Positions 46,846 to 56,907 of a DNA stretch of 64,000 nucleotides are shown piece after piece; position 1 is the stretch's first letter, and every line of letters begins with the position of its first letter. The position numbers were made by a program, and so were the translations under genes. Source of the DNA: Anaerovorax odorimutans (GTDB lineage: Bacteria > Bacillota > Clostridia > Peptostreptococcales > JAAYPU01). The stretch is from assembly GCA_016841185.1 (NCBI GenBank), contig JAENZQ010000006.1:30717-94716 (forward strand), given 5' to 3'. The notes beneath the pieces were generated by a model. That model did no database searches and was not told where the DNA came from. It saw only the letters and a program-made list of their open reading frames with translations.

Positions 46846-47865
46846 GTGATAAATGTGTACTGTACCAAATGCGGACAAAACATAGATGAGAATGATGTTT
46901 ACTGCCCTTATTGCCGCAGTAAATTAAATGAAGAATTCATTCAAAATGACAATGCAAATGATTCGGAAGCTTCGGAATGCTCAGATGGGGTTATGCGCCT
47001 GTTTGAAGTGGAGCGTAAAAGCAGCCCCGAAACACAGAATGTGGACCAGGAATATGAAAAATACAAAAACAGTATTTTAAAGAATCAATCAAAGGACTAT
47101 ATTCTTGATTTTGACGATGATGAAGAGGACGATGGCGGATTTAAAGGCATCGGAGGCAAACTGGTCATTATATTGATTGTCATTGCATTTGTTACGGCTA
47201 CAGCCCTTGCTGCAAAATATTTCTTCTTTGATGATGATTTGATTGGTCGGCAACAAGAAGAAGGTGTTGTGGATGAGGGGAATAATGAGGTACCTGATGA
47301 TCCGGGTACCCAGGTCCCATCTGACTCGGAAAATGGAGAACAGAAATCTCTTTCCTCCAGAGAACAGGCATTTTCAGACATTGAAGACCTCAATTATAAT
47401 ATTGATGAAATACGAAATAATGAAAACTTAAAATATAATGAAACCATAAAATATAAAAATGCCGATATTAAAAATTCTACACATATATCGGATGAGATCT
47501 GGAAGGAAATAGAAGGAAAGCCGTATCCATATCAGACGGCTATTATTAAATCGCTTGTTCAGTTCAATTCCAAATGGATCGATTATGTGAACAATAATGA
47601 TAAAACTGTCTTATCCCTTGTTGAAAAAGACAGCAGAGCCTACAAAAACGTCGTTAACTTTGACAGAGAGGGAACTTTAGAAGAATTTCTTCTGTTTGAA
47701 ATCGGAGAAATCCGTAAAGGGGACGAGGGGTATTACGTTTGGACCCATGAAAAAATAAAGGTGGTAGAACAAGGAAATTCAGAGATAAGAGAGTATTATT
47801 GGATTTACAAATTAGTCGAGGGAGAATACGATTTCTTTATATCGGATTATTTTAAAGAAGAATAA
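46846..47865 (+). CDS. zinc-ribbon membrane protein (CxxC-X10-CxxC, acidic linker, one TM, extracytoplasmic domain)
   Basis: CTKCGQNIDENDVYCPYCRS at the N-terminus and the TM segment LVIILIVIAFVTATALAA. Architecture resembles the YvbJ/TcaA type. GTG start. Confidence 0.6.
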   Translation: MINVYCTKCGQNIDENDVYCPYCRSKLNEEFIQNDNANDSEASECSDGVMRLFEVERKSSPETQNVDQEYEKYKNSILKNQSKDYILDFDDDEEDDGGFKGIGGKLVIILIVIAFVTATALAAKYFFFDDDLIGRQQEEGVVDEGNNEVPDDPGTQVPSDSENGEQKSLSSREQAFSDIEDLNYNIDEIRNNENLKYNETIKYKNADIKNSTHISDEIWKEIEGKPYPYQTAIIKSLVQFNSKWIDYVNNNDKTVLSLVEKDSRAYKNVVNFDREGTLEEFLLFEIGEIRKGDEGYYVWTHEKIKVVEQGNSEIREYYWIYKLVEGEYDFFISDYFKEE

Positions 47866-47925
47866 ATAAAAAACCTCTTAATTGATATTCAATATCGTTA
47901 AGAGGTCTATTTTTTTGCTTATTTT

Positions 47926-48726
47926 TTAATCGCCGTCAAGGAGATTGCCCAGTCCGCCCAAAAGACTGCCTTCGCCTTTTGATCTGCCGCCGGTGATACG
48001 TGCAGATGTAATGACTCTGTCGGCCATTCTGCTGAAAGGAAGAGATTGAAGCCAGACTTTGCCGGGACCGGTTACCGTTGCATAGAACAATCCTTCGCCC
48101 CCGAAAAAGGCGCTTTTGATATTTCCTACATACTGGATATCATAATCGACGGTCTTTGAAAGTGCTACGAGGCAACCGGTGTCTACTCTTAGAGTTTCAC
48201 CTGCTTTTAAATCCCTTTCTATGATGGTACCGCCTGCATGCAGAAATGTCATTCCGTCTCCTTCCAGTTTTTGCATGATGAAACCTTCCCCTCCGAAGAA
48301 TCCGGTTCCAAGTTTCTTCTGAAATGCAATATCAACAGATACGCCTTTAGCAGCACAGAGAAAAGCATCTTTTTGACAAATAATTTTTCCCTGGAGTTCG
48401 GACAGATCCATAGGTATTATTTTTCCCGGGTATGGCGCTGCAAAAGAAACATGCAATTTTCCGGAGCGGGTATTGGTAAACAGTGTCATAAATAAGCTTT
48501 CTCCGGTCAGCACCCTTTTTCCTGCTCCTAAGAATTTTCCCATCATGCCTTTGCCTGTATCTTTTCCGGAACCGTCTCCGAAAATCGTTTCCATTTGAAT
48601 ACCGTCTTCCATATACATCATAGCACCTGCTTCTGCCAAAACACTCTCGCCGGGATCAAGCTCTACTTCAACCAATTGCATATCATCCCCATAGAGCTTA
48701 AAATCAATTTCATGTGAATTTGCCAA
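47926..48726 (-). CDS. TIGR00266 / AIM24-family protein
   Basis: [16 protein letters not shown] and GGEGF...L.G.G pattern. TTG start behind aaggaggg. Confidence 0.75.
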   Translation of the reverse strand: MANSHEIDFKLYGDDMQLVEVELDPGESVLAEAGAMMYMEDGIQMETIFGDGSGKDTGKGMMGKFLGAGKRVLTGESLFMTLFTNTRSGKLHVSFAAPYPGKIIPMDLSELQGKIICQKDAFLCAAKGVSVDIAFQKKLGTGFFGGEGFIMQKLEGDGMTFLHAGGTIIERDLKAGETLRVDTGCLVALSKTVDYDIQYVGNIKSAFFGGEGLFYATVTGPGKVWLQSLPFSRMADRVITSARITGGRSKGEGSLLGGLGNLLDGD

Positions 48727-49134
48727 TTAAAACCCTCCTTTATTTCTTGATTCATTTCAAACTAATTATATTGTTTAATTTCGCTGATCATTCGGGAGAA
48801 ATAAAAATAAAAACAATATAAATATTCATTTATTCTACACAGACGGATAAACTCCTGCTTATATTTTGAAAGTTATACAATTTAATCATTTTATCCATGA
48901 ATATATTAACTTTAGTCTTTACAATCAAACATTAATGATGTTACAATTATTGCATAAATATACAATAATACATACTAAAAAATATATAACACACATTATT
49001 TATGAAAGGATGAATGTAGCGATCTGAAGATGTTATAAAGGAGCGTATATATTTTTTTATTACAGAAAAGTATTGAACAAAAGGCATTTATACAGGAGGT
49101 AATTTATAACAAATCCTAACCTCCTTTTAAAAAA

Positions 49135-49176
49135 AGATTTTATCTTAGATTTTGTCTGAGATTGAATCTTTTTTTT
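49135..49176. terminator. terminator-like hairpin with flanking A-run and T-run inside a divergent intergenic region
   Basis: agattttatcttaga (49135-49149) pairs with tctgagattgaatct (49155-49169) at 12 of 15 positions. A T8 run follows and an A8 run precedes. Confidence 0.4.
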
Positions 49177-49274
49177 CTGGCAAACAAAAGCTTTAAAAAT
49201 CAATTCAATTTATTGGTAAAATGTTGAATGGTAGGGTATAATAATGCTAACATGGACTTTAAAGAGGTGGTTAA

Positions 49275-52046
49275 ATGAAAAAATCAAAGCTGTTTTTATG
49301 GCTTGCAGTTACTATAATTCCAATCGCTATCGCTTTTTTTGGAACTTTTTTGAACTTTATAACCGACTATTTATGGTTTAAAGAAATAGGGTATACTCAG
49401 GTATATCTGACAAAACTTCTGACACAACTTAAAATAGCAATTCCTGTTTTTATTGTGTTGACAGTTTTCCTATATATCTATCTAAGGACCATTAAAAAAG
49501 ACTATTACAAAAAAGTAAATGTTTCAAATGCAAATCTTAATGAAAAAAGAATCAACCAGATCGCCCTGGGGGCATCGGCTGTGATTTCTTTGTTTGTAAC
49601 ATTTATACTATCTTCCAATCTTTGGTTTGATATATTGAGATTTTTCAACAGTACGGAGTTTAATACAAAAGATCCTTTTTTTACTCAGGATATATCCTTT
49701 TACATTTTCAAGCTTCCCTTTATATCTCAAATATACAGCCTGCTGATTATGTTTATTGTACTTCTGGTAATCATGACAGTGGTATTTTATCTGTTCCTTA
49801 TGAGTGTCAGAAGACCCAGATTAAGGGAAGTAACTGATGAAGAAGAAGGATATGGCAATGTTTTTCAACGAGGCTTTGACCGTGAAAACGGGATGGAGCT
49901 TTTGCGGATTGCTATTCGTCAATTGACGGTATTAGGCTTCTTGTTTTTTGTTATTCTGGGAGTTGGATATTATTTAAAGCAATATGATTTATTGTTTTCT
50001 CCCAGAGGCGTTGCTTATGGTGCAAGCTACACCGACGTACATGTTACTTTGTGGGTGTATCGTATTATGCTGGTACTTTCAATCTTATCGGCTTTTTTAT
50101 TTGTGATAGGGCTGAGATCAAAAAAATTCAGGCTTGCATTGGCAGGTCCGGTTTTGATGATAACAGTATCTATTATCGGAAATATAGCTGCTATTGCGGT
50201 TCAGAACCTGGTGGTGTCTCCTGATGAAATTGCAAAGGAGAGCCAGTATCTGAGATATAATATAGATTACACAAAAATGGCGTATGGTTTAAATGAGATT
50301 ACGGAAAAAGAATTTCCTGTAGGAAGAAATCTCTCAAATGAAGATATCGATGAAAATGTGCAGACCATTGAAAATATCCGTATCAATGATTATGGTCCCA
50401 CGACCAAGTTTTATAATCAGAGGCAGGGTATACGGCAGTATTATACGTTTCATGATGTGGATATAGACAGGTATATGGTCAACGGAAAGCATACCCAAAC
50501 TTTTATGGGTGTTCGGGAAATTGATGAATCCCAGTTGGCACAATCCTGGATCAATCAGCATTTGAAATATACACACGGATATGGGGTTGCATTATCACCG
50601 GTAAATGCCGTTACTGCTGTAGGACAGCCTGAGCTGTTGATACAAAACCTTCCCCCTCGTTCGGCTGTGGAGGAAATAGAGATCACCAGACCGGAAATAT
50701 ATTTTGGTGAATTGACCAATAATTATGTTATTACCAATACGGATGAAGCTGAATTCGATTACCCCAGCGGTGATGACAATGTAGAAACTTTTTATGAAGG
50801 AACTGCGGGTATAAAATTGAACGGCATCAACCGACTGTTATTTTCCATACGGGAAAGAAGCATGAAAATGCTTGTGGCAAGCAACCTAAACAGTGATTCT
50901 AAAATATTAATCTATCGAAACATCAATGACCGCGTCAGAAAGATCGCACCATTCCTTCGATTTGATACAGATCCGTATATTGTAACAAGTGAAGGAAAGC
51001 TTTACTGGATCATAGATGCTTATACTGCAAGTGCCAACTATCCTTATGCGGAACCGTATATAGAGAATGGCGTTAACTATATCCGAAATTCTGTGAAAGT
51101 CGTTATAGATGCTTATAATGGGGATATTACCTTTTACCTGATGGATGAAACAGATCCTGTGGCCAGGACTTTAGGCAAGATATTTCCTGATCTGTTTACA
51201 TCCATATCAGATATGTCGGATGAACTAAGGGCGCATATCAGGTATCCACAGACCTTGTTCAATATTCAGGCACAGGTTTATCGGGAGTATCATGTGGACA
51301 ATACCACTGTTTTTTATCAGGGTGAGGACAAATGGGACATTGCCAACCAGATTTATGGCAGCGAAATGGTTTCTATGGATTCCATCTATACCATTATGAA
51401 ACTGCCTGACGGAAATCGGGAAGAATTCATTCTATCGATTCCTTATACACCCAGAAGTAAACCTAATATGGCAGCATTGCTGGTTGCACAGAACGACGGA
51501 GAAAATTACGGAAATATCATCGTCTATAAGCTGCCAAAACAAGTATCCGTATATGGGCCGATGCAGATCGAGTCCAAGATTGATCAGGACACGGAAATTT
51601 CCAAAGAGTTTTCTTTATGGGCATCACAGGGTTCTTCCTATATCAGAGGAAACGTATTATCGATTCCTATTGAAAATTCATTGATTTATGTAGAGCCTAT
51701 TTATTTGCAGGCAAGTAATGAAAACAGCCTTCCGGAAGTAAAAAGAGTTATTGTGGTCTATGGTGACAGGATCGCCTACAGGCCAACACTTAAAGAAGCC
51801 CTTGAAGAATTGTTCGGCGAAACGGAAGTACCGGAGCCTGACAGGCCCATAGATGAAGATGCTCAGACTCCGGACGGACAGCCGGGAGCAGTGATGGATA
51901 TCAATGATTTGATCAGACTTTCCAATGAGGCTTTCCAAAGAGCACAAGAGGCACAGAAGAACGGGGACTGGGCTAATTACGGCAGATATCTCAATGAGCT
52001 TCAAAGCTATTTGGAACAATTACAATCCTTAAGTCAGGGGCAATAG
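49275..52046 (+). CDS. UPF0182-family large membrane protein
   Basis: 923 aa with N-terminal multi-TM region; YLWFKEIGY, HLKYTHGYGV and YPYAEPY motifs typical of UPF0182. Confidence 0.8.
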   Translation: MKKSKLFLWLAVTIIPIAIAFFGTFLNFITDYLWFKEIGYTQVYLTKLLTQLKIAIPVFIVLTVFLYIYLRTIKKDYYKKVNVSNANLNEKRINQIALGASAVISLFVTFILSSNLWFDILRFFNSTEFNTKDPFFTQDISFYIFKLPFISQIYSLLIMFIVLLVIMTVVFYLFLMSVRRPRLREVTDEEEGYGNVFQRGFDRENGMELLRIAIRQLTVLGFLFFVILGVGYYLKQYDLLFSPRGVAYGASYTDVHVTLWVYRIMLVLSILSAFLFVIGLRSKKFRLALAGPVLMITVSIIGNIAAIAVQNLVVSPDEIAKESQYLRYNIDYTKMAYGLNEITEKEFPVGRNLSNEDIDENVQTIENIRINDYGPTTKFYNQRQGIRQYYTFHDVDIDRYMVNGKHTQTFMGVREIDESQLAQSWINQHLKYTHGYGVALSPVNAVTAVGQPELLIQNLPPRSAVEEIEITRPEIYFGELTNNYVITNTDEAEFDYPSGDDNVETFYEGTAGIKLNGINRLLFSIRERSMKMLVASNLNSDSKILIYRNINDRVRKIAPFLRFDTDPYIVTSEGKLYWIIDAYTASANYPYAEPYIENGVNYIRNSVKVVIDAYNGDITFYLMDETDPVARTLGKIFPDLFTSISDMSDELRAHIRYPQTLFNIQAQVYREYHVDNTTVFYQGEDKWDIANQIYGSEMVSMDSIYTIMKLPDGNREEFILSIPYTPRSKPNMAALLVAQNDGENYGNIIVYKLPKQVSVYGPMQIESKIDQDTEISKEFSLWASQGSSYIRGNVLSIPIENSLIYVEPIYLQASNENSLPEVKRVIVVYGDRIAYRPTLKEALEELFGETEVPEPDRPIDEDAQTPDGQPGAVMDINDLIRLSNEAFQRAQEAQKNGDWANYGRYLNELQSYLEQLQSLSQGQ

Positions 52047-52071
52047 TTTAGGAAAATAGATAGACCAAAAA

Positions 52072-52105
52072 AATAATAAACCGCTTAGCGGTTTATTATT
52101 TTTTG
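52072..52105 (+). terminator. intrinsic terminator after the UPF0182 gene
   Basis: aataataaaccgc tta gcggtttattatt followed by ttttt. Confidence 0.75.
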
Positions 52106-52324
52106 TGAAGCACACCCAACTTTTTATAAATATAATACGGGTGATATTCATATATCCTTTATCAAATTGCTTTCTGACTGATTAATTATCAAACAGTTGA
52201 GATAAAAAATACCACATATATCGTTATCATAGAAGACCATACTAATAAGACAGGAGAAAATAACAAAGCAATAGAAGAACTCATATTATAGTATTAACTG
52301 CAGAAATAGAAGGGAGAATGAGAA

Positions 52325-52810
52325 ATGCACGAAGACGGTATAAAACCTTTTACATATTTCTATGAAAACTCAAAACTATTTTTAAAATTCATTAAAGCAC
52401 ATTATAAAAAGGACGAGAAAATGTTGGAACGCATATACATGGATACTTTAGAGCTGTATCAGCAGTATATGGATACCTATATGAGTAAAAAAACCAGAAT
52501 GGAAAAAATAAAAGAAATCAGCTATGAATTGCTGGATATTCTGTCTATGAGAGAACAAAGCGATGAGCTGAAGATAAAAGGAAGCAGCTTTATTAAAGGG
52601 TTGAAAATAAAAGAAAAAATCATTGGTTCTCAGTACATAGAATTATGGGTAAAAGGTAAAAAAATGTGGCTGTACATTTTTGAAAACAGTAAAAATAAAG
52701 AAATCATATTACCTTATTATATAGAGTCGCCATATTTGATCGATTCAGAGCAGGCGTTTTATGCACTAAAAGAAAAGGTTTTTTCCGAAATTAAAAAAAC
52801 CGAACATTAG
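52325..52810 (+). CDS. hypothetical 161-aa protein
   Basis: ORF with RBS gaagggag upstream. No family recognised. Confidence 0.45.
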   Translation: MHEDGIKPFTYFYENSKLFLKFIKAHYKKDEKMLERIYMDTLELYQQYMDTYMSKKTRMEKIKEISYELLDILSMREQSDELKIKGSSFIKGLKIKEKIIGSQYIELWVKGKKMWLYIFENSKNKEIILPYYIESPYLIDSEQAFYALKEKVFSEIKKTEH

Positions 52811-53002
52811 AAAGTACTAATGGTTTAATGTACGGAATAATAAATTATAATTTTTTTTGTGCTTTTTTGAGGCAAAGTATTAACAATGCTTTTTCAAAAT
52901 GATATAATCACTTCGTAATAAAACAACAATTCAAATGTTCGTATCAGAGCTGGATTATTAATTTATTATAAAATTTATCATTGAAGGCGGAAAGGAGAAA
53001 AA

Positions 53003-54916
53003 ATGATGTCATTTGAAGAAGTACTATACACAATTCAACCTGATCAGAATAAAATGCCTCAAATTGCGGAAATCCTGAAAAATCATCCGGAAGTAAAATT
53101 TGTATCTTTAAATGGAGTGGATCTTGGAGGAAATAATACAGATGAGAGGATTCCCATCGGATGTTTTCTTGAAGAGTTTGATAACTTTATAAGCAAAGGG
53201 ATTCAAACAGACGGTTCCAGCGTTGTGCTTCCAAAAATTGCAGAGCTTAATGATGCAAAAGTGGATTTGATTCCGGACACTTCGGTGAATTGGTATGTGG
53301 ATTATAATTATAATCACTTTGATGAAGAAACGGGATTACCGGTTGGGACACTTAGAATCCCTTCATATTTGATACATAATGGCAAGAACCCTGTGGGTTC
53401 CAGAATTCTTTTGAAAAACACCATTGATATATTCACGGCCGGTCTTATGAGTCTGATAAAAGATAATCCTTATGTTCTGGAATATATGGATATAGATTCT
53501 TGTGATACGGTGGATGAAATTGTACTAACAGCTGCGACAGAGCTGGAATTCTGGGTCAAGACACCTGACGATGTTGCAGATGTGGAACAGCTTTCAACTT
53601 CCCAAGTCCTCAAAGAGCAGTATTGGAAGAGAACCATAGGCCCGGTAAGAACGGCACTGGAGCAATCTATTCTGGTCCTTGAAAAATATGGATTATGCGT
53701 GGAAATGGGGCATAAAGAAGTTGGCGGGGTAAAGGCCAAACTCGGCAATTCAGGAGGTTTTGACCATGTTATGGAGCAGCTTGAAATCGACTGGAAATAC
53801 AGTTCTGCCATGCAAGCGGCAGATAATGTGATACATGTAAAGGATGTTATCAGAGATATATTTGATTTGCACGGCTTAGAAGTGACTTTTATGGCTAAAC
53901 CTGTAGAGGGTGTTGCCGGCAATGGGCAGCACACCCATATGGGCGTTTCGGCTAAAATGAAAAATGGGGAATACAAAAATTTATTCTCTCCTGCTGATTT
54001 AGAAAAGGATTTTTTGAATCCTGTGGGATTCGGCGCTCTTTTGGGAATTCTTAAGAATTATGAAGTTGTCAATCCCTTTGTTTCATCCAGCAACGATGCC
54101 CTTAATCGTTTGAAGCCCGGTTTTGAAGCGCCTGTCTGTATAGTAGGTTCTATCGGACATTCTCCGGAAGTACCTTCCCGAAACAGAACAGTTCTGATAG
54201 GTCTGGTAAGAGACAGCGATAACCCTCTTGCCACAAGATTCGAATTAAGAGCGCCTAATCCTAAAAGCAATACTTTTCTGGTTCTGGCGACTTCTTATCT
54301 TGCGATGCTTGATGGTATCAAAGCAGCTTTAAAGGCGGGGAAGACTCCAAAAGAGTTAGAGGAAGAACTATCGAAAAAACCTGAAGAAGCCGGGTTCTAT
54401 TTTGAAAAAGGCCGCGCTTACAGAAGTGAAAAAAATGTTTTTGATGAGTATTCGGAGGAAGAAAGACACAGATTATTTGGAAAACCGCCGACAACGGTAT
54501 GGGAAAATATTTCAGGATTCAGAGAATATCCGGAAAAAGTAAAAGTGCTTACTCAGAATAATGTGATAAATGAAAAAGTAATAGAATCTTATGAAGAGGC
54601 CATTATGATGCAATGGGCAACGGAATTATACAACAGAATCATTCCAAATAATATGGATATTGTAAGAGAATGTGTTAAACTTCATAAGACAGATGATGAG
54701 AGAACGGATTTGGATGTGGTACATTGGGAGAAAATAAAAGAGTTGAGACTTTTCCTGATGAAAGACAGTCTGTCAAGAAAATCCCTTTTTACAAGAATAA
54801 AAGAAGCTTTAGATGCAAAGGATTATAATACGGCTTCGGAGTTACAAATCACCATGAAAGCAAAAATGGCGGAGTTGGTCGAAACCTTTTCGGAGTATCG
54901 GAAAAACCTGTTTTAA
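53003..54916 (+). CDS. glutamine synthetase, long (type III-like) form
   Basis: ELEFWV, HKEVGG..QLEI, NGQHTHM, and EAP...G....SRNRTVLIGL and RFELRAPNP motifs of the GS catalytic domain. 637 aa. Confidence 0.75.
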   Translation: MMSFEEVLYTIQPDQNKMPQIAEILKNHPEVKFVSLNGVDLGGNNTDERIPIGCFLEEFDNFISKGIQTDGSSVVLPKIAELNDAKVDLIPDTSVNWYVDYNYNHFDEETGLPVGTLRIPSYLIHNGKNPVGSRILLKNTIDIFTAGLMSLIKDNPYVLEYMDIDSCDTVDEIVLTAATELEFWVKTPDDVADVEQLSTSQVLKEQYWKRTIGPVRTALEQSILVLEKYGLCVEMGHKEVGGVKAKLGNSGGFDHVMEQLEIDWKYSSAMQAADNVIHVKDVIRDIFDLHGLEVTFMAKPVEGVAGNGQHTHMGVSAKMKNGEYKNLFSPADLEKDFLNPVGFGALLGILKNYEVVNPFVSSSNDALNRLKPGFEAPVCIVGSIGHSPEVPSRNRTVLIGLVRDSDNPLATRFELRAPNPKSNTFLVLATSYLAMLDGIKAALKAGKTPKELEEELSKKPEEAGFYFEKGRAYRSEKNVFDEYSEEERHRLFGKPPTTVWENISGFREYPEKVKVLTQNNVINEKVIESYEEAIMMQWATELYNRIIPNNMDIVRECVKLHKTDDERTDLDVVHWEKIKELRLFLMKDSLSRKSLFTRIKEALDAKDYNTASELQITMKAKMAELVETFSEYRKNLF

Positions 54917-54964
54917 ATATTGCAAATATAAAATAAATATGTTATATTACTGTACAATAGTAAT

Positions 54965-55180
54965 GAAGGGAAAAAGTATATAATGCCTTTTCTTCAGAGA
55001 GCTTGGCACAGGTGAAAGCTTAGCGTAAAGGGTTATTGAATCCGTCCCGGAACTGCAGACGTTTAAAAGTTTTGCCGGCAGTGGCCGTTATACACTTATG
55101 AGGTGGATTGTTTTATTACAATCAACTAGGGTGGCATCGCGGAAGTAACCTTTCGTCCCTATTAGGGCGGAAGGTTTTTT
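54965..55180 (+). promoter_or_regulatory. T-box leader (Ser specifier) controlling serS
   Basis: AGAGA box (cagagagc), ggtgaaa, candidate specifier gaaTCCg, T-box aactagggtggcatcgcgg (55115-55142) and terminator cctttcgtccct...agggcggaagg followed by T6. Confidence 0.85.
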
Positions 55181-55224
55181 GTATTAATAAAATGAAATAT
55201 TTCGAGTATAAAGGAGCTGATACA

Positions 55225-56511
55225 ATGTTAGATATCAAACGAATAAGATCTGAATATGAAAAAGTCAAAGGCGCTGTTGAAAAAAGAGGGCAAGGAGATT
55301 TCAACATTGGCCGGGTGATTAAGATTGATGAAGAAAGAAGAGGGCTGCTTTCAAAAGTAGAGCAAATGAAAAACAAACAAAATATCGTTTCAAAAGAGAT
55401 TCCAAAATTAAAAAAAGAGAGAAAAGATACTTCCGGAGTATTATCAGAAATGAAAGAACTCTCAATGACTATTAAAGATTTGGATGAACAGGTGAGAGAA
55501 TATGAGTCGGAGCTAAAGGACATGCTGTTAAGCATACCCAATACACCCAATGAAACAGTTCCTGTAGGAGCAACTGATCAGGATAATTTGGAGATTAGAA
55601 AATGGGGAGAACCTAAAAAATTTGAATTTGAGCATAAGGCGCATTGGGATATCGGAACCGACCTTGATATTCTGGACTTTGAAAGGGCAGCTAAAATATC
55701 CGGCGCCAGATTTTCCGTATATAAAGGATTGGGGGCGCGAATGGAAAGAGCTTTGATCAATTTTATGCTGGATCTTCATACATCACAGCACGATTATACG
55801 GAAGTACTGCCGCCGTTTATGGTAAATCGGGATGCAATGACAGGAACCGGACAGCTGCCAAAATTTGAAGATGATATGTTTCATATACCGGCAAAGGACT
55901 TTTTCTTAGTACCGACCGCGGAAGTGCCTTTAACGAATCTTCTAATGGATGAGATAATTGATGAAGAAAAGCTCCCTGTCTATTTTACTGCTTATACACC
56001 CTGTTTCAGAAAAGAAGCAGGTTCTGCAGGAAGAGATACAAGGGGACTGATCCGGCAGCACCAGTTTAATAAAGTGGAGTTGGTTAAATTTACAAAACCT
56101 GAGGAATCTTATGATGAGTTGGAAAAGCTTCTTGCTGCTGCGGAAAAAGTATTACAGCTTTTGGAACTGCCTTATCGTGTGGTCAAGCTGTGCAGCGGAG
56201 ATTTAGGTTTCAGTTCAGCCATGACTTATGATATAGAAGTCTGGATGCCCAGTTATGACCGCTATCTGGAAATATCTTCATGCAGCAATTTTGAAGATTA
56301 TCAGTCCCGGAGATCCAATATCCGATTTAGGCCTGCAGATAAGGGGAAAGTTGAGTTTGTACATACTCTTAACGGGTCGGGCCTTGCGGTAGGAAGGACT
56401 TTTTCGGCTATTTTAGAGAATTATCAGCAGGCAGACGGTTCGGTGATCATTCCTTCTGCTCTCAGGCCTTATATGGGTGGGCTGGAGAAAATAGAAAAAG
56501 AAAAATGTTGA
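55225..56511 (+). CDS. serS: serine--tRNA ligase
   Basis: MLDIKRIR start behind aaggag, then class II motifs [21 protein letters not shown] and [12 protein letters not shown]. Confidence 0.95.
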   Translation: MLDIKRIRSEYEKVKGAVEKRGQGDFNIGRVIKIDEERRGLLSKVEQMKNKQNIVSKEIPKLKKERKDTSGVLSEMKELSMTIKDLDEQVREYESELKDMLLSIPNTPNETVPVGATDQDNLEIRKWGEPKKFEFEHKAHWDIGTDLDILDFERAAKISGARFSVYKGLGARMERALINFMLDLHTSQHDYTEVLPPFMVNRDAMTGTGQLPKFEDDMFHIPAKDFFLVPTAEVPLTNLLMDEIIDEEKLPVYFTAYTPCFRKEAGSAGRDTRGLIRQHQFNKVELVKFTKPEESYDELEKLLAAAEKVLQLLELPYRVVKLCSGDLGFSSAMTYDIEVWMPSYDRYLEISSCSNFEDYQSRRSNIRFRPADKGKVEFVHTLNGSGLAVGRTFSAILENYQQADGSVIIPSALRPYMGGLEKIEKEKC

Positions 56512-56550
56512 AGTTGAAACTCAGCCTGTTCTATTGTCAAGTTACTTTGT

Positions 56551-56632
56551 AAATGAATAAGCCTGTATAAATATAAATCCTTTCCCAAACTCGATACGGA
56601 TGATTATTTATACAGGCTTATTCAAAAGGAGA
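56551..56632. repeat. copy 2 (intact) of the dispersed ~80-nt hairpin element
   Basis: tgaataagcctgtataaata (56554-56573) is the perfect reverse complement of tatttatacaggcttattca (56605-56624). The whole unit matches 6681-6759 in inverted orientation. Confidence 0.7.
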
Positions 56633-56907
56633 GTATGTCTTTTTCAATAATCTTAACAGCATGAAGGGGCTGTTGTTTTTTTTCTGAAACAAGGTACCTT
56701 TTATAATAGGAACTATTCGGATAAAAAATAATGATTCAGATCTTTATGTTTTTTAATTTGTTTTATTTGTGCTAAAAATATCCATGTTGAACTGAGTAAA
56801 AATTCAGAAAATTATGTGTGTTGTGAAAAATATAAAACATTTTATAAAACAAATCAATAAATAAGAGGTTGATATGATGAGTGAAACAATTAAAGGAGGG
56901 ATTATAC

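Noticed and set aside
55108-55224. N-terminal extension of serS in the ORF track
   Set aside because: This region is the T-box, antiterminator and terminator part of the serS leader. The real start is the ATG at 55225, behind aaggag.
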